This document shows positions 50,227 to 60,984 of a stretch of 64,000 nt of DNA, in pieces. Position 1 is the first letter of the stretch; each line of letters starts with the position of its first letter. This DNA comes from a virus. Its lineage: Duplodnaviria > Caudoviricetes. The translations under genes and the position numbers were made by a program. The stretch lies in IMG/VR virus record IMGVR_UViG_3300010352_001202. One strand, 5' to 3'. Under the pieces are notes generated by a model that saw nothing but the letters and a program-made list of their open reading frames with translations, did no database searches and had not been told where the DNA came from.

Positions 50227-50538
50227 ATGGAATACCTGATCGTCATTGCCCTCACAGTGGGCGTCACTGCTGCTCTCTCCATCTGGAAAGGCTTTGTCTT
50301 CACGAAGCTCTGGATGTGGTTCGTGATCCCGATGTTCGGTCTGCCACCGATCTCCATTCCGATGGCTATCGGCCTGTGCCTGGTTGCCGCATTTCTCACG
50401 CATCAGGCGCGCATCTCCCCGCCGGGTGCCAGCAGCCACGATGACCTGGACCAGGCTGCGAAGCTCTTCGGGTACGGCTTTGTCAACGCAGGTGTCATCC
50501 TGTTCGTCGGCTGGGTCGTCCACGCCTTTTTCATGTAA
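50227..50538 (+). CDS. membrane protein
   Basis: Three hydrophobic segments; LW.WFV.P.F. Confidence 0.7.
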   Translation: MEYLIVIALTVGVTAALSIWKGFVFTKLWMWFVIPMFGLPPISIPMAIGLCLVAAFLTHQARISPPGASSHDDLDQAAKLFGYGFVNAGVILFVGWVVHAFFM

Positions 50539-51138
50539 TGGTCGACATGCGGCTCCTGTAGCCGCATAATACTGACATGATACAAACAAAGCAACTCCAC
50601 CCGAACCCCAAGTTCAATCCTGCTTTGCCAGAGGACTGGATGACCAACAGACCGTTGGTTTGGAGGTTCGAAAACGCCGAACGCAACCTGCGCGAAGGCG
50701 ACCATGTGGAGTTCCTTTGCAACGGCAGAGGCCGTGGAGGTCATGTACGGGTGTTTGCGAAAGTCACAAAAGTCAATCGCAAGACCTTCAAGGCTGTCGA
50801 ATGGAATCGCTCCTACGCTCCGGGCACGATCTGGACCGTGAACATCGAGCACGCCCTATAACCGCAATGTCATCTCGGCCTGGAGAGCTTACAAATGAGG
50901 ACTGTTCTCGAACGCGTCTTGGCCTACTCCCTTCCCGAAGGGCCGGACGCCATTGACATGGAATGCATCATCACGGCGATTGACGGCCTGCAGAAAGAAG
51001 AATGGACGGACGATGAAATCGTTTCCTATCTGCGGTGGTTGGAGCATGTGAATCCAGAGACTGCCGAGGATGTTGCCCTGCGGAACATGGCACGGGTGCG
51101 TGGGCAGGTAACGGAACGAAAACGCATCCAATCTATGG

Positions 51139-51182
51139 TCGACCAAACCGGTTCCTGACTGCATAATACATACATCGCAACA
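51139..51182 (+). promoter_or_regulatory. early promoter cassette
   Basis: TCGACC-N17-CATAAT-ACATACATCGCAACA. Confidence 0.75.
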
Positions 51183-51199
51183 CAAACAGGGCCCACAAA

Positions 51200-52105
51200 A
51201 TGACCCCCATCGAACAAGTCCGCGCCAAGTGCAACGAAGTCATTGCGCTGGCGAAGTCCAAGTACAACATCGACCTGAGCAAGGTGGCGATCAGCTTCAA
51301 CCTGAAGGGCCGTGTTGCTGGCTGGGCTTGTGCGCGTGGCACCCTGTTCGATCGCAAGTACCAGGTGAAGTTCAACCATGACATGATCACCCGCGGTGAC
51401 CCCGAAGTCCTGGCGGACATGATCAACGACACCGTGCCGCACGAACTGGCACACATCGTCTGTTTCATCAACCCGACGCTGGGCAGGAACCACGACTACG
51501 GCTGGGCTTCGGTCTGCCGTGCGCTGGGTGGTACGGGCAACCGCACGCACGACAACGAGGTGGTGTACGGCAAGGGCACCACTTACGAATACACCACGGA
51601 CCGTGGACACAAGGTGCGCATGAACGACCGACACCACAAGCGCATCCAGTCCGGCGGCAGCATACGCTACCGCAAGGGCATGGGCACTGTGACGATGGCC
51701 TGTGCGTACAGCATCGTCGGGCACCAAGGCCGCACGCTGGCTGCACCGATCGTGAAGCAGCCCGTCAACCACCCTGCGCAGATCGAAGCTGCCGTGCGTG
51801 CTCCGCAGCCGGATGCCGCTGAAATGGCACGCCGCCAGGCAATGGTGGACGAACTGCGGCGTCGCCAGCTGGTGCCCGCCCCCATCCAGAACCGTTTCCC
51901 GGTCGGTGCAGTGACACAGCATGCGGGCGAATCCAAGGCTGCTACCAGCCGTCGCATCATGCTCAGCGGCTACCAATCGGGGCAGAGCTACGAAGTGATC
52001 ATCCAGGCGATGATTGCCGCGAACGGTTACGACCGCCAGCTGGCGCGTGGTACCTTCAAGGCCAACGCTCCCAAGATTGGCATTCCGGCCAGCTTCTACG
52101 CCTAA
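51200..52105 (+). CDS. SprT-like zinc metalloprotease with C-terminal extension
   Basis: G..AG.A, HELAH, H...W. Confidence 0.85.
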   Translation: MTPIEQVRAKCNEVIALAKSKYNIDLSKVAISFNLKGRVAGWACARGTLFDRKYQVKFNHDMITRGDPEVLADMINDTVPHELAHIVCFINPTLGRNHDYGWASVCRALGGTGNRTHDNEVVYGKGTTYEYTTDRGHKVRMNDRHHKRIQSGGSIRYRKGMGTVTMACAYSIVGHQGRTLAAPIVKQPVNHPAQIEAAVRAPQPDAAEMARRQAMVDELRRRQLVPAPIQNRFPVGAVTQHAGESKAATSRRIMLSGYQSGQSYEVIIQAMIAANGYDRQLARGTFKANAPKIGIPASFYA

Positions 52106-52483
52106 GGAGGCAACATGAACGGTCAATGCATCCAACAGGAGCAGCAGGCGGGGCACACCAAGCTCACTGCTGTGAACATCTACGCGAGTCCCGGCCGTCG
52201 GCGTACCTTCTTTGTGCCTCTGCTGCACAACGACAAGGGCCAGGCGATCCTGCCCGAGGCTACGCTGAATCGGTTGCTGGACGAAATGCGTGTCCGGCGT
52301 GGCGACACCTACAGTTGGGGTTGAAGTCATGACGATATTAGGGGCTTTAGTCATCGGTTTGCTGTGCTATATAGGCGGCACTGTGCTCTTGCTTGCAGGG
52401 GCTTACTTGGCCGGTTCGGTGTTCATCTGCTGTGGTGTAGTGTCCTCATTGATGTTTTGGAAGGAAATCTTGAAGTGTAAAGG

Positions 52484-52527
52484 TTGACACTTCCTGCCAA
52501 CGACCGCATAATACATACATCGCAACA
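52484..52527 (+). promoter_or_regulatory. early promoter cassette
   Basis: TTGACA-N17-CATAAT-ACATACATCGCAACA. Confidence 0.85.
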
Positions 52528-52821
52528 CAAACAGGCCAGCAAAATGGGATACCGCGCATACCACAAGGAAACGACCCGCTACCTGGCGTTCCATCCGAAG
52601 GTGAGGACTGACAAGGAGTGGTTCGAGACGGCCGGTGCTGCCAAGGCTGCCATCACCCGCGAAGCCAAGCGCGGTGCGATCAATGCGGAAGACTTCGCGG
52701 TCCTGAGCTCCGAGGAGTTCTACAAGATCGAGAAGACCACCACGGTGAAGAACCTGATGTCCGGCAAGGATGTCGTCCAGTCCGTGAATACGCCGCGGGC
52801 CTGTGATCCTTCAACGGAACT

Positions 52822-53421
52822 CTACTGGTCTTGCTGATCGGGCCGGCGCATCACAAAGGAACCATCGGGCAGATAGTACCGTTTGGTTCCTTTCTTGCTT
52901 GCCTTCATGCGCTCAACACCCACAGGATCGTGAACTCTTCCGAGGTTGGACTGCCGGACACATTCCACTGCATCTCTTGGCATTCTCCAGCCCTCATCTC
53001 TTCTCCTCTGCCTGTCCACTAAGGCCCTCTGGCTGATGCGAGACTTGTGCTCCTCAGCCAAAATTCGACCGGATAGAGACTTCGAAAGTTTAGCACGAGT
53101 TTCGTCACTGTGTCCTGTGCAGTAAAATCTCCCAGATTGAACATGCTGATTCAGCCAATCCTCACGGATATCCACGCGAAGCCTGCGTTGCACAGTGCTC
53201 TCCCATAGTTTAGCACGCTCAGCTGAATCAAACACCCTTCGGACTTCGTAGGTAAAAGAATCCTTACCGTGCTCCTTTATGAGTTTCTTTACCTCTACGG
53301 AACTCGAAAAGTATTTCGTCCACAAATCAGACGGACTGCATCCTCGACAATACCGAACGCCGTAATATTTCTTTCCTGTGGGAATGTGACATAAAAAATA
53401 AGTGAAAGGTTGAGTTGACAT
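52822..53421 (-). CDS. GIY-YIG (Seg-like) homing endonuclease
   Basis: FTY......TGKKYYG.R...YFSSS; HS.ETRAK; TAAATA and SD upstream. Confidence 0.8.
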   Translation of the reverse strand: MSTQPFTYFLCHIPTGKKYYGVRYCRGCSPSDLWTKYFSSSVEVKKLIKEHGKDSFTYEVRRVFDSAERAKLWESTVQRRLRVDIREDWLNQHVQSGRFYCTGHSDETRAKLSKSLSGRILAEEHKSRISQRALVDRQRRRDEGWRMPRDAVECVRQSNLGRVHDPVGVERMKASKKGTKRYYLPDGSFVMRRPDQQDQ

Positions 53422-54505
53422 TAGGCGGCTCCTGTGGCATAATGTATTTATGCAATCAATCTACTGGAGCATGTGATGATTTGGCTTGGAATCGCTATCT
53501 TGGTGGCCGCTGTGGTGGCCGGTCTCAGTCTGGAATGGGTTGCAGGAGGCACCGGTCGCAAGCCGTCAGGGCGTCACATCCTGGTGGTCGTTCCGTTCTT
53601 GGCTGCAGGCCTGTTGGTCTGCGCCAGCTGGATGATTTTCGGCCTACCTCTCTGAATCCATGTTTGCACTCTTTCTCTTCGCTTGTGTCTGCATCACCCT
53701 CTGGGCTACAGGTTGGACGATGATCGACATGGTGACCAACCTCGCAGCCAATATCAAGTTCTGGATGTGGAAGAGGACACAATGAACACAAACTTCTCCA
53801 TTGCATTGCTGGCAGCGGTATTCGGTGCCATCATCAACCTCCTCGGTGGTTGGGGCATCTACAGCGCCATCGGTGCATTCGTGGTGACATTCATCCTGTC
53901 GCTGGCGCTGAACTACGCGATCGATTGGTGGAAGTCATGATAAACGACCACATGAAGGGTTTCTTGCTGCTCGTGTCAATCCTGTACACGGGTGTCTTTG
54001 CCCTGCTCATGTTTGGTCTTGTGGTGCTGCACGGGTTCCCGTTCGGAGCAACCGCCTTATACCTTGCGGCAATCCTGGTTGCTGCAGGGCTTGCGTCTGC
54101 TGTAGCATACTGGCTCACGCACAAAAGGGCACGCACATGAGCTTCATTGTAATCATTCTGGCGCTTGGTTTCCTCGCGCTTACGGTGATGGGAGTGAAGG
54201 AACTGCACAAGAACGGAGTGATCAATCCTCCGACTGGTTCCATGCTCATCATCCTCTCCACCATCCTCTGCGTGTGGGCAGTCCTTGCCCTCCCTATCTA
54301 ATATGAAATTCAAAGACATTGCTCCGGGCACACCCTTCCGTGTACCCTCGCCTTGGGGCGACATCAAGCCCTACACCTACATCAAGGCTATCAGCAATGC
54401 CACGCATCTGAATGCCGTCCACATCTGCACCTGGCGCGCAGGGACGCTGGACTATATCCACGACGATACGGAGATCGTTGTGTTGAATCTCCAAGTAACG
54501 AGTTG

Positions 54506-56237
54506 ATGGAAAACATCTTCAACCTAATCAAATATCCGGTTACGATACGCTTCGAAAGGGAGATCCTCGAGGCCCTGCCGCCGCTTGTCCTCGATTATTG
54601 GTGGGAAGAGTTCATCCAAAAGTATAGTGGCGGCAACCCGAAATACAGTCGCATTCCACCCACAGCGGATAGACTGCATCAGTACCTCAATCACAGTACC
54701 AGCATGAAAGCCAGGGGCTGGGCGCTAAAGCTCCTGCGTGCTCGTATATTAGCCCTAGAAGAATAACCTATGACGGTATTCGATGTACTCAAATATCCAG
54801 TGTCGGACAACATGCCCATTGACGATTTCCGTGCGATTCCGCTTAAAATGCGCGAAGCCTGGGTAGAACATCCCGACTATATCAACAATCCAACGCCGTC
54901 CAGTGTTGATGCTGTTGCGCATGCAAAAATGATCTCCCATATGAATATAATCCTCCTACGCAAGATAATCGCGGAGTGGCCATGACTATATTCGATGCAT
55001 TGCGACATCCTGTACAGGACAAAATGTCGATAGAAGAGTTTCGTGCTATCCCCATCCGCATACGGGAAGAATGGGTTGCCCATCCTAAGTTTCAGCAAAT
55101 CTATCCATTACGCGACCACGATAGAAAAGATCGCAAGATAATGGAACTCAACAACCAAAACATCAACCTCCTACGTAGAATTATACTGGAGTGGGAAACA
55201 TGAGCCTATTCGACCTTATCAAATACTCACCTCTCAGCGTATCCGAAGAGATGTGCCAGCAACTACCTCGCGACCTGTGCCAACAATGGTTTGTTCATTG
55301 CTACGATGCACACCTGGTAATGCTTGAGATTGAAGATACGAAGAATACATCTTTTCGTGATGACGCCAATATGATTTCCAAAGCAGAACGAAAATGGTTT
55401 ATTGAATCCCTCAAACTAAAGAAAACCGAGCAAGAAGCCATCAGACTCCTTGCTCTCCTTCTAGTAAGTCAACCATGAGCCTATTCGACCTTATAAGATA
55501 TCCAGTAACAAAGGATACCACAGACTTCACCCATCTCCCAGATGATATTTGGGATAGGTATATGCAAGAACGAATGCTCTGGAGTACCACTGAGATAAAC
55601 GCCGAACGCGAAACCAATGCAAGGATGATCCAGATAATCAAGGAATGGGACACCGAACGAGCATCTTCAATAACGTAAAGCCCGCAAAGAAGAATCCCGA
55701 ACTCGAGCTTTACATCAAGCTGAAATACGGAGAGCCACAACTCACGCTTGAGTATCTAGAAACCCTTCCCGATGCCGTTGTAAGAGAAGCCTATAGACTT
55801 TCAGACACGGCAGGCAATCGCACCTTCGGTAGCCACCCGGATGTCAATACTCAGAAACAAGTATTGAATATCATGTACAGGCAACCCGCTAATAAAGAAC
55901 TCGCAATCCAAGCGGTAATGGATGCACTGTATAACTACCACCTTCTATTCTCAGCATGAATAAAGAACTCGAAACCTTCGTAATACTGAAACATCTTCCC
56001 TACAAAGGAACTATCGATTATCTGAATAGTCTACCACCCACTGTACCCTATAAGCTATATAAGAAACTCTTTCAAGACGGGGAAGTAGGAAGTCTAGTAG
56101 GCACAAGACTACTATTCGCACTATCATCTCCACAGTGGGCACATATCACACGCCCCAAGCTAATAGAAACATTAGTAGAATATTACTATATACACGGCAC
56201 TGAATACAGTATAAGACTATCAAGAATCGGTGTTTAG
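54506..56237 (+). other. tandem array of 7 small paralogous genes (xxFDxIKYP...LP)
   Basis: ORFs at 54506, 54770, 54982, 55200, 55475, 55645, 55956 share the N-terminal motif. Confidence 0.7.
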
Positions 56238-56250
56238 TAGAACACTGTGA

Positions 56251-56300
56251 GTGGATGTGTAAGGATGTGTGGGATTGTGCAGAATTGTGTGGAATATCCT
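56251..56300. repeat. imperfect 10-bp tandem repeats
   Basis: gtggatgtgt/aaggatgtgt/gggattgtgc/agaattgtgt. Confidence 0.55.
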
Positions 56301-56351
56301 GGACGCACCATATTTCTTCGGTTTTGCGTGAACCTCTCTCGATAAGAGTTT

Positions 56352-56427
56352 CGGTCAGAATTGGAATCCTGTCTAGGAATTCTGTATAGGAATCCTGCAC
56401 TACATTCCTACACTGAAATCCGACCGC
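56352..56427. repeat. 13-bp periodic element, copy 3
   Basis: CGGTCAGAATT then GGAATCCT-like 13-mers at 56363, 56376, 56389, 56402, 56415. Confidence 0.7.
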
Positions 56428-56611
56428 GTTTTGCAGCGTAGAAATGCTCTCTATGTTCGAAATTTGTGCGGCATCTATGCATGCAGTGTTTTTCACTATA
56501 GAAGACCTTGTGCGTAGTGAACTTCTCCAAAAAACCGCGTAAGATCTTCATGTTCTGGCACAGTGGTCACTACGGATCGAACATTTCTCCCGATCTTCTA
56601 CGGTGCCAACA

Positions 56612-56808
56612 GCCTCGGCATACTGTGTCGACCGGCTCTCCCAGTGCGCCCGAGGCGTGTCTTGAACTGTTTTAACTATGCCTCGCACAGTAGTTCTTAT
56701 GAGTCTCGTGGGTCATTGCGAGGCTCTTGTGCAACTTGTTGATCTATATACACTACTAGCTATGCCTCGGATCTTGTGCTGACCCAGTCTCGACTCACAT
56801 TGCGAGGC
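56612..56808. repeat. three GCCTCG-N33-CGAGGC inverted-repeat sites
   Basis: CCTCG/CGAGG at 56613/56651, 56681/56719, 56765/56803. Confidence 0.75.
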
Positions 56809-57294
56809 TGTACTTAGTGGTCTCAGTGTTGTGACCTTTACATACTAAGTGCTTGACTACTGTGCTGAAGTCTATTACTATATAGTCATTGCAACTGTAA
56901 AGCAGCAGCACATGAGTACACGTTACACTGTCTGGGCCACAAACGCAGACCTTGAAGAAGTTCGCAACTACTACATTGGCGACAGTCGGGACATTGCTGA
57001 AACTCTTGCGTGTCGCTTGTTCTTGGCTTCCATGTTCGAAAAGGACTTCATGATCACTGCTCGAAAGGGTACGGAAACCGAAATCCATGGAACCCTTTTC
57101 TCGGACCGCACGAAACGGTTGCGAGACGAATGCCAAGGATGAGTTTCACGCGAGGCAGGGGCTGGGTTTCAGCCTCGGGGATTGCAGGCTTCGAGTCGTG
57201 GTCTGATCCCGAGGTAGATTGGGATTCAGTCTCGGAATCGGGTCTGTTTCTTCTTTAGGTTGACATGGCCAGGAAGCCGTAATATACTGCGATC

Positions 57295-57711
57295 ATGGAT
57301 AAGGTTCTGCTGGAGACAGTAAAGTCAATCGCCGAAGATGTTCGTGGCTGGGCCGAAGAGCTCGCATACAAGCGCGAACAGTGGAAATCCCACAACTTGA
57401 ATGGCTACTGTGCCATCGCCTCGGCTGAACTGCACAGAAGGCTGACACGGGCTGGAATCGAGGCTACACTTCATGTGAGCATCCAGTCTGATGGTAGTTG
57501 CCATGTCTACTGTGTGGTCTCGGATCACATCGTCGACGTCACGGCGAGCCAGTTCCGAGAACTGCGGGATCAGCCCATCTATATCGTGCATCATCGTGAA
57601 GGGCAGCGGTATTACTTCTACGATGATACCGCATCCTTTAATACTGCTGCGGACTTGCGGCGGCATCAACTTCAGACCGGCTGGCCACAGAAGCAAGTCG
57701 CATACAAGTAG
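57295..57711 (+). CDS. hypothetical protein (possible Cys-His-Asp fold)
   Basis: GYC..AS, H.YC, VDVTASQF; leaderless. Confidence 0.65.
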   Translation: MDKVLLETVKSIAEDVRGWAEELAYKREQWKSHNLNGYCAIASAELHRRLTRAGIEATLHVSIQSDGSCHVYCVVSDHIVDVTASQFRELRDQPIYIVHHREGQRYYFYDDTASFNTAADLRRHQLQTGWPQKQVAYK

Positions 57712-57872
57712 GCATCCTGCTATAATAGCACAAACTTCGGAGCAATCATGTTTGATCAACTCTTCCTGTGGATGATCGGTGGTCTTCTTCTCGGAACCTG
57801 CATCGTCGCCTACTGGGGCTGGCAGTCCTACAAGTACGAACACAAAGACGACTACAGGCCGCCGCAAATGCC

Positions 57873-57915
57873 TTGACAGTGCTGGACTCTTCCAGCATAA
57901 TACAGACATCGCAAC
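57873..57915 (+). promoter_or_regulatory. early promoter cassette
   Basis: TTGACA-N17-CATAAT-ACAGACATCGCAAC; spacer TGCTGGA/TCCAGCA. Confidence 0.85.
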
Positions 57916-58385
57916 TAGGAGCACACATGAAGCTTCGTCAACACCGCCTGAACATCTACGCCCGCATGCACGCACCGATCCTGGAGAGCGCCTACTGGCA
58001 ACGCGTCATCGACCGGGCCATGGTGCCGACGGCGGAAGAGATCGAGCGGTCTCGCGCCTTGCTGGCCAAGCAATGGGAAGGCCTGGCCGCGATGTTGAGC
58101 CTGCCCACGCTCTCGCAGGAAGTCGCCGGCGGCCCGGTGGCAGTTCACCCGATGGTCGAGGAGTTCCTGAAGCCCGTGGAAGGCCTGTTCGTCCCCGAGC
58201 CGGGTGTGGTGCTGCAAGCCGAGGAAGCCAAGCTCTACACCGTCTCGCGTGTCAAGGACGGCGAAGTCGTGCTGACGACGGCCGACATCAACGAGGCCAC
58301 CGCCCTGCTGGAGAAGCACCACCGCCAGAAGAAGGCGAAGCTGCAGGTCTTCTGCAGCGAGGCGCAGCCGGCCGCGTAAGTTTGC

Positions 58386-58570
58386 GGGAGGAAGATGGAG
58401 GCCCGCCCCGGTCTTGACTTGGGCCTGCCTCAGGGGATCGGGTAAGCGAGTAAGGCAGCACGCCAGAGGGCGTGTGGTCATAGAGTTGCTGCATGCGACC
58501 ACTACACCAGCTGAGGACTTCGCTGATACCGACTAGCGGAATCGCCCCACATCTTCCTCCCTTTTTCTTT
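58386..58570 (+). ncRNA. pseudoknotted structured RNA candidate
   Basis: 12-bp closing stem GGGAGGAAGATG/CATCTTCCTCCC + U tract; several internal stems. Confidence 0.55.
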
Positions 58571-58576
58571 GACCTG

Positions 58577-58620
58577 TTGACACACAGGCTGCTCTGCTGC
58601 ATAATACATACATAGCAGCA
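58577..58620 (+). promoter_or_regulatory. early promoter cassette
   Basis: TTGACA-N17-CATAAT-ACATACATAGCAGCA. Confidence 0.8.
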
Positions 58621-58918
58621 CACAACAGGAAGCAGCATGTCGGTCGACACTGTCAATTACGCACTCACGGATGTCACCCGTCGCATCCGTGACAACCCCA
58701 ACAACTTCAGCGAACAAGGGCTGAGCAAGCTGTTGGCCATCTGTGCGTGCATGCGTGACTGCCTCATGGGTGGGTACATCGCTGACTTTGATCGCTACGT
58801 CGATGGCCTCCTCGCACGCGAACCCGACGCTGCGGACTACGTGCTCGAGGACCTGTTCAACGAGCTCAACATCCAGGATCGGGATCAACTGTCGGCCATC
58901 CTTGCTGCTGAATAAATG

Positions 58919-58972
58919 TGTAACTGTGGTTGACTGCTCAAGCTGTTGACTGCATAATACATACATCGCAAC
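58919..58972 (+). promoter_or_regulatory. early promoter cassette with TGTAAC box
   Basis: TGTAACT-N4-TTGACT-N17-CATAAT-ACATACATCGCAAC. Confidence 0.8.
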
Positions 58973-59760
58973 ACAAACAACGAGCACAACATGAACGCAA
59001 TCACCCTAAAGGACTCCGTGACGCTGCCGGACGACCTGCGCGACATCGAGCTGACTGTCCGCAAGGACGGCGTGCGTGTGGTGTTGGAAGACCGTCACAG
59101 CCCGGGCTACGACCCCGTGGTGGTGTCGCTGAGCTGGTCGCAACTGTGCGATGTCGAGCTCCTGAGCAACCGCTTCGAGTTCGAAGCCGTGGCCACCTTC
59201 CGCGTGCTGGTGGAGATGCTGGGCAAGGTCTACGCCAACAAGCACATCTACGAAGCACTGACATGAGCGGCTTTGCCATCTTCTACCTGCTCTGTGCGAC
59301 AGTAGCAGGCATTGGCCTCATAGGCCTGGAGGCATGGGATCGCAGGCACAACCCGAGGTATGAGCCCATGACGCTGGCTAACCTGTTCCAAGGGCTGGGC
59401 CTGTCATTGTGTCCCCTCGTGAACATGTTCGCCGCAATCGGAGTAGTGATCTACTTCTTCGGCGAGATCGCACCCAAGGTCGTTTTGTTCGGGAAGAAGA
59501 CATGAAGTTCCTCATCGCTGTGTTCCTTGGCATGTTCGTGTACGGTCTGTGGGCTGGCATCTACGGTGCGGCACTCCTCGCATTGCTGATGGCAGGCTTT
59601 GTCCAGTACGCCCGAGGTCACTTTGCTCGTGCCGATGCACGCTGGGAAGCGATGCCAGGGAATGCCAAGCAGCCGGTGGCCACAGAGTACAGCCTCTGCA
59701 GGTACGAGTGCGAGTGCATGCGTGACAAGCTCTAGGCCTAGGTTTCCGATCTAAGTCTTG

Positions 59761-59823
59761 CGGTCAGATTTACAAATCAAAATCGGAAATTTAATTCCAA
59801 ATCTGGCGACAGATTCCTGCTCA
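59761..59823. repeat. 13-bp periodic element, copy 4 (degenerate)
   Basis: CGGTCAGATT then AAT-containing 13-mers at 59772, 59785, 59798, 59811. Confidence 0.5.
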
Positions 59824-60474
59824 TAGGCCTAAAGGCCTATTGCCCTTTGCACCTAAAGGCCTTATTATACACACATGAGCACACAAACCCCTGTTGTCAA
59901 TCCCCGCACGCTGGCTGACACGACCTACACACTGGTCATCAACGAGCGCCAGTTGCACTACATCCGTCTCGCCCTGCGCGAGTTCAATGCCAGCAACCCC
60001 GACGAGGAGTTGGACGAGTTCGGGCAAGACATCCCGACCGTGCTGGAAGAGATGCTGGTGGACCCTCTGCTTCCCAGCCCTGCCATCAACGGGCTTACGC
60101 TCTAGCACCCTGTGCAGCTGGCTACGCAAGTAGTCAGCTAGATTCGCAAAAATATGGCGAATCTACAAGCGAAGCAAGCAAAGGTAATGCCCCTGTAGCA
60201 AGGGGCAAAGTTGTGACAGCTAGCTAAGTAGCAGGGCTGTGAAGTAATCAGCCCTTGGTCTTCTTGCACTGTTTCAGCAGCCGGATCACGATCAAGAACT
60301 TGAGAAGTTGCCTGTCCTTGAAGGCTACCTTAGTGAAGATGAGTTTGGATCCCCAAAAGATTTCCCAACCTGTGGGATCCACATCGGAATACTGAACAGC
60401 CTCCACTCCGAGTTTCATGGCTTCCCTTTGGAGGTTACCATGAGTGAGTTTCATTGGCATTCTCGGTCTCCAAC

Positions 60475-60521
60475 TTGTAACAAAATGTAACAACAGTTTC
60501 GTGTGTTACATTTTGTTACAA
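60475..60521. promoter_or_regulatory. palindromic operator-like cluster of four TGTAACA boxes
   Basis: TGTAACAAAATGTAACA-N11-TGTTACATTTTGTTACA. Confidence 0.75.
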
Positions 60522-60522
60522 T

Positions 60523-60623
60523 CCTCGCAGGCCTAGACCGTTGACCGTGGTCGGCATTGCGAGGTTGATCGCACAGGTGCCTCGGGAGGGCTAGCTCAGG
60601 ATCTGAACCTGTGAACCCGAGGC
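60523..60623. repeat. two CCTCG-N32/33-CGAGG sites
   Basis: 60523/60560 and 60580/60618. Confidence 0.7.
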
Positions 60624-60869
60624 AGACCGCCTACAGCCCTGTCAGGTCCAGAAGGGCATGCACGCGGGCTTTCTCCGCTTCGTCTCGGCGGTCAGGCCAG
60701 TGATCCTCCCCTGTGACCTGCACGGTATAGCCCATCTTGGCCAGCGACTCCTGCACAGAGAAGCCCCAGCGAGTGTCCGGCAGGTGCAGCCTCGTAGCTT
60801 GCCCTCCTGCTGCGGTGATCATGTACACGCGGATCATACAGTTCTCCAAGGTGGATTTGGTCGCGTGAA

Positions 60870-60983
60870 TAGGGGGCTTGTGCCCCCTTCTGACCTTAGG
60901 TAGGGGGCTTGTGCCCCCTTCTGACCTTAGGTAAGGGGCTTGTGCCCCCTTCTGACCTTAGGTAAGGGGCTTGCGCCCCCTTC
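60870..60983. repeat. 31-bp tandem repeat x3.7, each with a GC hairpin
   Basis: Unit TAGGGGGCTTGTGCCCCCTTCTGACCTTAGG. Confidence 0.95.
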
Positions 60984-60984
60984 C

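Noticed and set aside
60870-60983. Mini CRISPR array
   Set aside because: Units are directly tandem with no unique spacers
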